This document shows positions 9,533 to 17,731 of a DNA stretch of 64,000 nucleotides, in pieces (the stretch's first letter is position 1; each line of letters opens with the position of its first letter). Position numbers and translations under genes: made by a program. The notes under the pieces were generated by a model. That model was not told the DNA's origin and searched no databases. It worked only from the letters and a program-made list of their open reading frames with translations. The stretch comes from Candidatus Aminicenantales bacterium (GTDB lineage: Bacteria; Acidobacteriota; Aminicenantia; Aminicenantales; Saccharicenantaceae), in contig JBEKXF010000002.1 in the NCBI GenBank assembly GCA_049512315.1, positions 132,706 through 196,705 on the forward strand. Reading direction: 5' to 3'.

Positions 9533-11548
9533 TCAATTCTCCGTCGCCCCGCCGGACCGTCCGTCCGCCGGGTCGGCTCTCAGGAACTCGAAAGCTCCGT
9601 TCATGTCCCTGTGGCTGGCCACGAGGACCAGGGTATCGCCCGCCGCGATGGTGAATTCGGCCCCCGGACTGGTGAACGATTCCTCGCCCCGGACGACCGC
9701 GATGATCGTCGCGCCTGTCCTGTTCCTGAGGTCGATGGCACCCAGCGTTTTCCCGACCGGCCAGGACCCTTTGGTGATGTAATAGGAGTCGGCCGTCCCG
9801 GCGGAGAGAAGGTCGGAGACCCTCTCCGTGGACGGCTTGAAGGCTTCGCACGTCCCCCTCAGGAGCCCGTAGCATTCGTTCCGGATGATCTTGACCTGGG
9901 CATCGATGATGTTCCGGGGGATGTGGAACCGCTCCAGGACCCGGGTGAAGATCTCGACCGAGGTCTCGAACTCCTCCGGGATGACGTCGTCCGCCCCTAG
10001 GCGATAGAGCTCGTCGATCTCGGAGGCGTAGCGCGTCCTGACGACGATGAAGAGATCGCCTTTCATCTCCTTGCTGGCCCGGACCCCGCGCCGGGTCGTC
10101 GCCGGGTCCGAAATGGCGAAGACGATCGCCTTCGCCCTCTCGATGCCGGCCTCCTTGAGGATCGTCCGGCTCGACGCGTCCCCGAAGATGAACGGGTCTC
10201 CCCGTTCCGCCGCGGCCCGGACAGCCTCCGGATTGAGCTCGAGGATGACGTAGCCGACGCCCGCCTCCTTGAGGACATGGGCCAGGTTCCTCCCATTGAG
10301 GCCGTATCCGGCGATGATCACGTGGTCCTCGAGTTTGCAGCCGGCTTCCGCTTCCGAGGCGCGGAACCGGCGGCGCTTCCGCTCCGCCGGGGCCTTCGTT
10401 CTCGAAGCCACGGCCGGGGAGATCTGGATGAGGAACGGCGCCGCCAGGATGGTCAGGATGGACGAGGCCAGGAATACCTGGAAGACGCTTTCGGGGAGAA
10501 GGCCGTTCGTCCGGCCCACGCCGGCCAGGACGAAAGAGAATTCACCGACCTGGGCCAGGGCCAGGCCCGTGAGGACGGCGATCCTCGAGTCGTAGCCGAG
10601 GATCCTGACCGTCACGATGACGACGACGGCTTTGAGGAGGAGGATGGACAATACGAGTCCGGCGATAACCGTCCAGGAATGCCAGACGGCCCCCATGTGG
10701 AGCAGCATCCCGATCGAGATGAAAAACAGGCTGTTGAAGACGTCGCGGAAAGGTAGGATGTCGGAGACCACCTGGTAACTGTAATCCGACTCCGAGATGA
10801 TGACGCCGGCCAGGAAGGCCCCGAGGGCCAGGGACAGACCGAGCGAAGACGTCAGCAGGGACATGCCGAGACAGATGAACAGGGAAGCGATCAGGAAGAT
10901 CTCCCGGATCCTGGTCCTGACGACGAGGTGGAGGACCTTCGGCATGAGGAACCGGGCGACGGCGAAAACCGCCGCGATCGCCCCGGCGCTCAGGAGAAAC
11001 CTGATGATGATGGCCGCCGGCGAGGCGGCCCGGACTCTGGCCAGGACGGGGACGAGGGCGATCATCGGGACGATGGCCATGTCCTGGAAGATCAGGATGC
11101 CGAGGGAGATCCTCCCCTGTGGAGCGTCGGTCTCATTCCGGTCGGAAAGGATCTTGAGAACGACGGCCGTGCTGCTCAGCGAGACCAGGAACCCATAGAA
11201 GACGGCGTTCTTCACCGGGACCCGGAGGAGGACCAGGACGAGAACCGCCGCCGTGGTCGTTAGGACGACCTGGAGCCCGCCCCCGATCCAGAAATTCCTC
11301 TGGATCCGTTTCAGCCTCTCCAGGGTGAATTCGAGGCCGATCATGAAGAGGAGCATGACGACGCCGATCTCGGCCAGGACAGCGACGGTCCGGGTGTCCT
11401 TGACCAGAGAAAACCCGCCGGGGCCGATCAGGATCCCGGTCAGGAGGAACCCGACGACGGAAGGCAGCTTGATCTTATGGGAGATGAAAATGACCAGAAC
11501 GGAGGCCGCCAGGATGATGACCAGTTCTGACAGGAGAAAAAGGCTCAT
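9533..11548 (-). CDS. Monovalent cation:proton antiporter-2 (CPA2, KefB/KefC-like) with C-terminal RCK (TrkA-N/TrkA-C) domains
   Basis: About 12 TM helices in the N-terminal 400 aa, then a Rossmann TrkA-N motif (VIIAGYGLNGRNLAHVLKEAG) and a TrkA-C domain. 671 aa. Confidence 0.85.
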   Translation of the reverse strand: MSLFLLSELVIILAASVLVIFISHKIKLPSVVGFLLTGILIGPGGFSLVKDTRTVAVLAEIGVVMLLFMIGLEFTLERLKRIQRNFWIGGGLQVVLTTTAAVLVLVLLRVPVKNAVFYGFLVSLSSTAVVLKILSDRNETDAPQGRISLGILIFQDMAIVPMIALVPVLARVRAASPAAIIIRFLLSAGAIAAVFAVARFLMPKVLHLVVRTRIREIFLIASLFICLGMSLLTSSLGLSLALGAFLAGVIISESDYSYQVVSDILPFRDVFNSLFFISIGMLLHMGAVWHSWTVIAGLVLSILLLKAVVVIVTVRILGYDSRIAVLTGLALAQVGEFSFVLAGVGRTNGLLPESVFQVFLASSILTILAAPFLIQISPAVASRTKAPAERKRRRFRASEAEAGCKLEDHVIIAGYGLNGRNLAHVLKEAGVGYVILELNPEAVRAAAERGDPFIFGDASSRTILKEAGIERAKAIVFAISDPATTRRGVRASKEMKGDLFIVVRTRYASEIDELYRLGADDVIPEEFETSVEIFTRVLERFHIPRNIIDAQVKIIRNECYGLLRGTCEAFKPSTERVSDLLSAGTADSYYITKGSWPVGKTLGAIDLRNRTGATIIAVVRGEESFTSPGAEFTIAAGDTLVLVASHRDMNGAFEFLRADPADGRSGGATEN

Positions 11549-11764
11549 GCCCCGATGGATCCCTCTCCCGGTGCTTATAGCACAGAAAAATCGGGCCGGT
11601 CAATACGGAGCGCAGGCCCGTCAGGCCCCGGGCTCCTCGCCGGGCGGGGTGAGATGGACCGGATGAAAATCACCCCTCAATATCACCCGGAGCGACGATT
11701 GACCGCCTCCTGAGGCGAGTTAGACTGGGAGCCGACGGAATTATCATTCATCAAGGAGGTTTTC

Positions 11765-12379
11765 ATGAAGAGATTCCTGATCGTTTCCCTGGCCGTTCTT
11801 TTCACAGCGGCCCTTCTGCCGCAGACGGCCGCCGCGGGCGTGGGCCTCAAGGGCGGATACGCCTGGTCAAATCTTAAGTTCACGGGAGCCACGGATATCC
11901 CGCCGCTGCAAGACATCAAAAATCCCGTGGGCGGCGTCTTCTTCGACATCGGACTGGGCCTCTTCTCCATTCAGCCTGAAGTCCTCTACATCCGGCAGGG
12001 CGCGAGAATGGAAGTGCTCCCGGATTGGATGGAAACCCGGGTGGACTACATCCAGGTTCCGCTGCTCCTCAAAATCGACATTATCCCCGGCCCCATCAGC
12101 CCGATGATCTACGGCGGCCCCTACGGCGCCTACAGATTGTCCGCGAAAGGCGTCTCGGACATCGGCGGCGTGAGCACCTCCACGGACATTAAGGACCAGA
12201 TCAAAACGACGGACTACGGCGTCGTCTTCGGCGGCGGCATCGACTTCAAGCTGGGCTTGGTCAAGCTATCGGCCGAAGTCCGCTACAACCTCGGCCTGGC
12301 CAACGTCGCCAAGGACCCTGATCCCGGGATGTCGGTCAAGACCAAGTCCCTGATGGTTCTGGTCGGGATCGGCTTCTAG
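11765..12379 (+). CDS. Outer-membrane beta-barrel protein (OMP_b-brl family), paralog A
   Basis: AAGGAGG RBS. Signal peptide (MKRFLIVSLAVLFTAALLPQTAAA), alternating amphipathic beta-strands, and a C-terminal aromatic …VGIGF typical of OMPs. Confidence 0.75.
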   Translation: MKRFLIVSLAVLFTAALLPQTAAAGVGLKGGYAWSNLKFTGATDIPPLQDIKNPVGGVFFDIGLGLFSIQPEVLYIRQGARMEVLPDWMETRVDYIQVPLLLKIDIIPGPISPMIYGGPYGAYRLSAKGVSDIGGVSTSTDIKDQIKTTDYGVVFGGGIDFKLGLVKLSAEVRYNLGLANVAKDPDPGMSVKTKSLMVLVGIGF

Positions 12380-12439
12380 CCGCGGACCGAACGAAAAGCG
12401 TTTGAGCGGCCCGAGCCGCGCCATCCGATCTTGCGGCGC

Positions 12440-12477
12440 CCCGCCCCCGTTGGGGGGCGAGGCGCTTTTTATTTCCG
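12440..12477 (+). terminator. Rho-independent terminator
   Basis: GC-rich imperfect hairpin (ggcgccccgcccc-cgtt-ggggggcgaggcgc) followed by a T-tract (ttttta), after OMP paralog A. Confidence 0.55.
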
Positions 12478-12501
12478 GTTATTTCGTTCGTCTTCTCCGA
12501 T

Positions 12502-12529
12502 TTGACATCCCGATGCCGCTTTTTATATC
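12502..12529 (+). promoter_or_regulatory. Sigma70-like promoter for OMP paralog B
   Basis: TTGACA (12502-12507), 16-nt spacer, TATATC (12524-12529), in an AT-rich island; RBS aaggaaag before ATG 12552. Confidence 0.5.
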
Positions 12530-12551
12530 TTAATAGCCAAGGAAAGAATTA

Positions 12552-13223
12552 ATGAAAAAATTCCTGACTCTTTTTTTGTGCGTTTTTTGCCTGATGGTGG
12601 TTTTCGTCCCGCAGAGCCGGGCCGTCCAATTCGGGCTCAAGGTCGGCATGAACTGGTCGAAGTACGCGTCGCCGACGGCCAACGATCCTGCCTATGAGTA
12701 CATCAGCAAGTATAACATGGGATGGCTCGTTGGCGGGTTCTGCAACTTCAAGCTGAGCGAAGCGTTCTCCATCCAGCCGGAGATCTACTACACCCAGATC
12801 GGGGAGAAGGAAACCAATCCTCTCCTTGACGGGGTCGAACTGATGTCCCTGATAGGGGTTGAATACAAAGAGCTCCTGGATTACATCCAGATTCCCGTGT
12901 TGGCCAAGTTCAAGGTCATGGCCAAAGGCCCGTTCACGCCCATCCTTCAAGCCGGCCCCTATCTGGGTTTTCTGCTGAGTGGAAAATCCAAAACTCTCGA
13001 CGCGTCCGGCGCGGTCCTCTTCACAGACGATCTGAAACAATATTACAGGACTACGGATTTCGGTCTTGTCTTCAGCGGCGGGCTGGAATACGAGATGGGG
13101 AACAAGCTCGTGTCTCTCGAATTCCGGTACAACCTGGGGCTGACAAACATCGAAAAAGAGGCCGACACGACTTATATCACCAAGCACAGGACCCTCATGG
13201 TGATGGTCGGCGTGGGCTTCTAG
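12552..13223 (+). CDS. Outer-membrane beta-barrel protein (OMP_b-brl family), paralog B
   Basis: Signal peptide (MKKFLTLFLCVFCLMVVFVPQSRA) and the same strand pattern as paralog A (…GGLEYEMG…FRYNLGL…MVMVGVGF). Confidence 0.75.
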   Translation: MKKFLTLFLCVFCLMVVFVPQSRAVQFGLKVGMNWSKYASPTANDPAYEYISKYNMGWLVGGFCNFKLSEAFSIQPEIYYTQIGEKETNPLLDGVELMSLIGVEYKELLDYIQIPVLAKFKVMAKGPFTPILQAGPYLGFLLSGKSKTLDASGAVLFTDDLKQYYRTTDFGLVFSGGLEYEMGNKLVSLEFRYNLGLTNIEKEADTTYITKHRTLMVMVGVGF

Positions 13224-13280
13224 CCGAGGCTTAAGCAGGACCGTTATCTATCGGCGTTTTTCGGCGCCAAGTCTATTCCA

Positions 13281-13317
13281 GGACGCGCCGCCCCGGCGCG
13301 GGCGGTGCGTCCTTTTT
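13281..13317 (+). terminator. Rho-independent terminator
   Basis: ggacgcgccgccccggcgcgggcggtgcgtcc hairpin followed by ttttt. Confidence 0.6.
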
Positions 13318-13449
13318 CTATCGAGAGAGTCCGTTCTTCTCCATGCAGGCTGCTAACCTTTCATATTCGTGTCCACGCTCCAGGGGACCGGGCGAAGGAG
13401 CCAGAGGGACGTTTTGACTGCTTATGCCCGAATCGGTTAATCTTGTCTC

Positions 13450-14658
13450 ATGACCAAGCGCTGCGACGTCGCTATCGTGGGCGGCGGGGCCGCTGGCCTC
13501 GTCGCCGCGACGAGCGCCGCCCGCCGGGGAGCGTCGGCGCTGATTTGCGACCGCATGCCCCGCCTGGGGAAAAAAATCCTGGCGACCGGGGGCGGCCGCT
13601 GCAACCTCTCCAACGACGCCCTCTCCCCCGCCGCGTTCACGTCCTCGAGCCGGAACCTCGTCGCTTCCGTCCTCGAGAAGTTCGGCCGCGATGACATCCA
13701 TGGTCTCTTCAAAGGCCTGGGCCTCGAAACCTATTCCGAGCAGGGCCGGATCTTTCCGGTTACCAACCAGGCTTCCTCGGTCCTCAGCCTTCTCGAGGCC
13801 GAAGTCCGGCGGCTCCGCGTTGCCGTTGAGCTCGGGTTTGACGCCGCGGACATCCAAAAGCAGGAAAACGGTTTCGCCATCGCCTCAGGGGACGGCCGGA
13901 GGGTCGAGGCCACGTCGGTCATCCTGGCCGGCGGGGGAAAATCCTATCCCGCCCTGGGGTCGAACGGGAGCGCCTACCGGCTGGCCCAGCTGTTCGGCCA
14001 CCACATCATCCCGCCCGTCCCGAGCGCGGTCCCTGTCCTCGTCAAAGATAAGCTCTGCCATCTTCTCCAGGGGCTGAAAATCCGGGCGAAAGCGACGGCT
14101 CTTATCGCGGATAAGCCGGTTCAAGCGGCCGAGGGCGAAGCCCTGTTTACCCAGTACGGATTGTCGGGGACGGCGGTTTTGGATGTGAGCGAGGCCCTTT
14201 CCATCGCCATCAACAGGGACGGCCGGACTAGCGCCGCGATCGTCCTCGACCTCGTCCCTTTCCTGACTCGGAACGCCCTGGCTGCAAGGCTCTTGAAAAG
14301 GACGAAGGACGGCTGGCCCGCCGCGGACCTGGCCATGGGGATCTTGCCGGACAGATTCGCCGCCGTCATCCCAGGGATGATCCCTGCCACGGGCCGCAAC
14401 CCCGACGATACGGCGGCGGTCTTGGCGGCCGCCCTCAAGGAAAAGCGGCTCAATGTTCACGGGACGCGCGGTTGGAACGAGGCCGAATTCACCTGCGGCG
14501 GCATAGATGCCCGGGAGGTCGACCCCTGGACGCTCGAATCCAAGATCCAAAAAGGCTTGTTTTTCGCCGGAGAGATCCTCGACGTCCAGGGGAAACGCGG
14601 CGGGTACAATCTGGCCTGGGCCTGGTCTTCGGGCTTCGTCGCGGGCTTGGGAGGATAG
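13450..14658 (+). CDS. HI0933-like NAD(P)/FAD-dependent oxidoreductase (aminoacetone oxidase / BaiN-like flavoprotein)
   Basis: N-terminal dinucleotide-binding motif DVAIVGGGAAGLVAA…ILATGGGRCNLSN and the C-terminal conserved GEILDVQGKRGGYNLAWAWSSG typical of the HI0933 family. Confidence 0.85.
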   Translation: MTKRCDVAIVGGGAAGLVAATSAARRGASALICDRMPRLGKKILATGGGRCNLSNDALSPAAFTSSSRNLVASVLEKFGRDDIHGLFKGLGLETYSEQGRIFPVTNQASSVLSLLEAEVRRLRVAVELGFDAADIQKQENGFAIASGDGRRVEATSVILAGGGKSYPALGSNGSAYRLAQLFGHHIIPPVPSAVPVLVKDKLCHLLQGLKIRAKATALIADKPVQAAEGEALFTQYGLSGTAVLDVSEALSIAINRDGRTSAAIVLDLVPFLTRNALAARLLKRTKDGWPAADLAMGILPDRFAAVIPGMIPATGRNPDDTAAVLAAALKEKRLNVHGTRGWNEAEFTCGGIDAREVDPWTLESKIQKGLFFAGEILDVQGKRGGYNLAWAWSSGFVAGLGG

Positions 14659-14680
14659 AAACCGGATCAGGGAGGAGATC

Positions 14681-15835
14681 ATGAGGAAGATCAAGGTCGG
14701 ACTCATCGGCACGGGCTACATCGGCGTCGTCCATCTGGAGATGCTGCGACGGATCAGCGGAGTCGAGGTCGTGGCCGTCGCCGACAGCAACCTGGCGCTG
14801 GCCCGCTCGACCGCCGAAAAGTTCGAGATCCCGAAGGTTTACGCCGCGGCCGGGGACCTTATCGGAGACCCCGACGTCGAGGTCGTCCACAACTGCGCGC
14901 CGAACAACGTCCATTTCGACTTCAATCGGAGGGCGGTCGAATCCGGCAAGGACGTCCTCTCCGAGAAACCCCTGTCACTCAACGCCTGGGAATCGGCCGA
15001 GCTCGTCCGGCTGGCCGATCGGCACAAGACGCTCACGGCGATCAACTTCTGTTATCGCTACTACCCTGTCGTCCAGGAGGCCGCCGCCCGCGTCCGCCGG
15101 GGGGACCTGGGCGACGTCCGGGCTTTCGTCGGCCATTTTCTGCAGGATTGGCTCTTCTATGATACCGATTATTCCTGGCGCCTAGATCCGGCGGTCGCCG
15201 GCGCGGCCAACGTCGTCGCCGACCTCGGCAGCCACTGGTGCGACCTGGTCCAGTTCATCACCGGCCGGAAGATCGTCGAGGTCATGGCCGAGCTCCACAC
15301 CTGCATCCCGAAGCGGAAAAAGCCCCGGTCGGGCCCGCTGTCGTTCAGCACCCAGAAGGCCGCCGACTCCGATGAGGTCGAGGTCAAGCTCGATGACTAT
15401 GCCTCGCTCCTCCTCCGCCTCGATAACGGGGCCCGGGGGAGCTTCACGACCTGCCAGGTCGCTGCCGGCCGGAAGGTCGATATCGAGCTTCAGGTCTTCG
15501 GGAGCAAGGAATCGTACGCCTGGAGCCACGTCCACCCGAATGCCCTTTGGGTCGGCCACCGCGAGAGAGGGAACGAAGTCTTTTATGAATCCTCCCAGCT
15601 CCAGGCCGAGGCGACACGGAAGTACGCGGCCCTCCCGACCGGCCATCCCATGGGCTACCACGACGCGGTCTACAACCTGTTCCGCGATTACTACCAGGCG
15701 CTCTCGGCCAAGCGGGAGGGGAGGCCGGTCGCGGTCGATTTCCCGGATTTCCATACCGGCCACGAGGAAATGTGCATCATTGACGCCGCCGTCGAGTCCA
15801 ACAGATCCGGAAAGTGGGTCAAGGTCCGGTCATAG
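14681..15835 (+). CDS. Gfo/Idh/MocA family NAD(P)-dependent oxidoreductase
   Basis: Start revised to ATG 14681 (MRKIKVGLIGTGYIGVVH… Rossmann motif) with a GGAGG RBS at 14671; the track start at 14507 overlaps the preceding gene. Confidence 0.85.
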   Translation: MRKIKVGLIGTGYIGVVHLEMLRRISGVEVVAVADSNLALARSTAEKFEIPKVYAAAGDLIGDPDVEVVHNCAPNNVHFDFNRRAVESGKDVLSEKPLSLNAWESAELVRLADRHKTLTAINFCYRYYPVVQEAAARVRRGDLGDVRAFVGHFLQDWLFYDTDYSWRLDPAVAGAANVVADLGSHWCDLVQFITGRKIVEVMAELHTCIPKRKKPRSGPLSFSTQKAADSDEVEVKLDDYASLLLRLDNGARGSFTTCQVAAGRKVDIELQVFGSKESYAWSHVHPNALWVGHRERGNEVFYESSQLQAEATRKYAALPTGHPMGYHDAVYNLFRDYYQALSAKREGRPVAVDFPDFHTGHEEMCIIDAAVESNRSGKWVKVRS

Positions 15836-15865
15836 TCGGGCCGGCCAGAGGCAAGACCACCGGGC

Positions 15866-16765
15866 TCAAGAGACCTTTTCGGCGTCCGCGTCGACGGGCT
15901 TCATGGTGGCGGGGTTGCGCTCCGCCTTCCAGGGCATCGGGCGCTGCTTTCCCTCTGCCCGGATCTCCATCGTCCCTTCCATCGTGTCCCTCGTGACGCG
16001 CCCACCGAAAACGGCCGTCCGGACCTTTCCGCCGTCGCCCCTCTCGACCGAAAACTTGATGTTGGCTCCGATGATGCTCAGGTCCTTGAGGGGGACCTCC
16101 TTGCCGTCGAGCCGGATCCGGCCGCGGAGGAGCTGAAAATGCTGTTCCAGGTCGAGCTCACAGATGAAACTCCGCTGCCCCTCCATCCATTTCCATTTCC
16201 AAGTGCCTGAGGCATTTGCGGGGACGACCCAGAAGTAAACGTCATGCGTCAGGCCGTTGACTGTGACAACCTCGGACTGGTCGGCCTTCCATGTGTCCAT
16301 GGAGAAATCGTGGGAGACGACCCTTGTCCCCGGCCGGAGCTGGGCGAAAATGATTGGCCTCAGGCGCAGGTTGACCGAGCTCAGGAGATAAAGGGTGAGC
16401 ACGGTCGCTTCGTGGAAATCCGTCTGGAAGAGATCCTGCTCGAGGAACCTGACCAGATGGGTAACGCCGGCCTGGGCAGCGTTGTCCCGGCTCTCCTTGA
16501 TCCGCTCTGGGTTGATGTCGATGCCGACTCCGCGGGTGCCAAAAAGCCTGGCCGCCGTGATCACGATCCGGCCATCGCCGCAGCCGAGGTCGTAAAGAAT
16601 GTCATCTTTCCCCACGTTGGCCATTTCCAGCATCTTAGCCACGACTTCGGGCTTTGTCGGAACATACGGGACATCGAGGTGCCACTCCTGTAGCTCCTGC
16701 AGGGATATAAGCGGCGGGCTGAGCAGGACCGACAGGGTGATGAGGATCCCGAGTGACTTTTTCAT
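15866..16765 (-). CDS. Class I SAM-dependent methyltransferase with N-terminal signal peptide (predicted exported)
   Basis: Start revised to ATG 16765 (MKKSLGILITLSVLLSPPLISL…). SAM-binding motif I YDLGCGDGRIV and motif post-I GIDINPE. The upstream 91 codons of the track ORF are junk overlapping the next gene. Confidence 0.7.
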   Translation of the reverse strand: MKKSLGILITLSVLLSPPLISLQELQEWHLDVPYVPTKPEVVAKMLEMANVGKDDILYDLGCGDGRIVITAARLFGTRGVGIDINPERIKESRDNAAQAGVTHLVRFLEQDLFQTDFHEATVLTLYLLSSVNLRLRPIIFAQLRPGTRVVSHDFSMDTWKADQSEVVTVNGLTHDVYFWVVPANASGTWKWKWMEGQRSFICELDLEQHFQLLRGRIRLDGKEVPLKDLSIIGANIKFSVERGDGGKVRTAVFGGRVTRDTMEGTMEIRAEGKQRPMPWKAERNPATMKPVDADAEKVS

Positions 16766-16775
16766 TTTTTCCCCC

Positions 16776-17168
16776 CTATTTTGCGAGAAAGACCGTCCGC
16801 AGGTATTCCGCATCATAACGGACCTTCTCTTCAGGGCCCAGAGGCATCTCGGTCCCTTCGAGAACCAGCCTCCCCCTGTAACCGATGCCGTCCATAGCCC
16901 GGCGGACGGACACGAAATCCATGGAGCCCTTCCCGTAAAGGCCCTTCGTGTCCTTGGCATGAATCTCCGCGATGCGGTCTCCGAGAAGGCGGATTTCCTC
17001 GAAAATATGATACCCGGCCGCCTGGGAATTGCCGACATTATAATAGACCCGGACCGTAGGCGAGCCGACCCGCCCGAGGATCTTAAGGTTGTCCTCCGCG
17101 CTCAGATAGCTTTCCAGGGCCAGGACGACGCCGGCCTCGGTCATGAATTCACGCCGGTTACTGGGCAT
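16776..17168 (-). pseudogene. Xylose isomerase-like TIM-barrel (sugar phosphate isomerase/epimerase) C-terminal fragment, probably a truncated gene remnant
   Basis: The 130-aa ORF matches only the C-terminal half of the AP_endonuc_2 fold (…IAEIHAKDTKGLYGKGSMDF…YRGRLVLEG). Its N-terminus looks like a TAT-type leader (MPSNRREFMTEAG). The flanking genes leave no room for the missing about 150 aa. Confidence 0.45.
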
Positions 17169-17177
17169 CGCCTGCCC

Positions 17178-17726
17178 CTAAATTCGGAATCCGACGTAGA
17201 TCGAGGCCCGGGCGCCCCCCAGCTTGATCTTCAGGCCCTCGACCGTATCCGACGCGGACATGTAACCGAGATCCACGCCGCCCAAAGCGATCTTCCCCAT
17301 CCAGAGGATCCCGAGCTTCCCTTGCCAGCCCAGAGATGACCCGCTGACCGTCGTTTCCATCGCTTCTTCCTTATAGCCGATGTCGACAGCTCCGGCTTGG
17401 ACCTTGAATTTCAGGCCTCCCGAGATCGTAGCCAGAAAGCCGAGCCCGGCCGAGAAGAAGCGCTGTGTGGACCTGGCCGGCAGGCCCAGGTCCGGCGTTG
17501 ACCCGTTTTTCGTCAGCGTCCCGAAGCCGCCCATCAGGTAAAGGCCGCGGTACAGTCTGATGCCGATCTCCGCCTCGGGATAGAACGCGCTCTTGCCATA
17601 GATCCCACGGTAGCCGGAGTCAGCGGGCTGCAGGTAGCTCAAGCCGGCCGAGACAATCAGATGGTCGGCCCCGAAAGCCGTTGCGGCCCAGCAGGTCAGG
17701 AGGAACAGGATCAAAGCTTTCTTCAT
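17178..17726 (-). CDS. Outer-membrane beta-barrel protein (porin-like, OMP_b-brl family)
   Basis: Start revised to ATG 17726 (MKKALILFLLTCWAATAFGADH…). Beta-strand periodicity and a C-terminal …IYVGFRI ending on aromatic/hydrophobic residues. 6 nt downstream of the giant gene's stop. Confidence 0.7.
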   Translation of the reverse strand: MKKALILFLLTCWAATAFGADHLIVSAGLSYLQPADSGYRGIYGKSAFYPEAEIGIRLYRGLYLMGGFGTLTKNGSTPDLGLPARSTQRFFSAGLGFLATISGGLKFKVQAGAVDIGYKEEAMETTVSGSSLGWQGKLGILWMGKIALGGVDLGYMSASDTVEGLKIKLGGARASIYVGFRI

Positions 17727-17731
17727 AGCTT

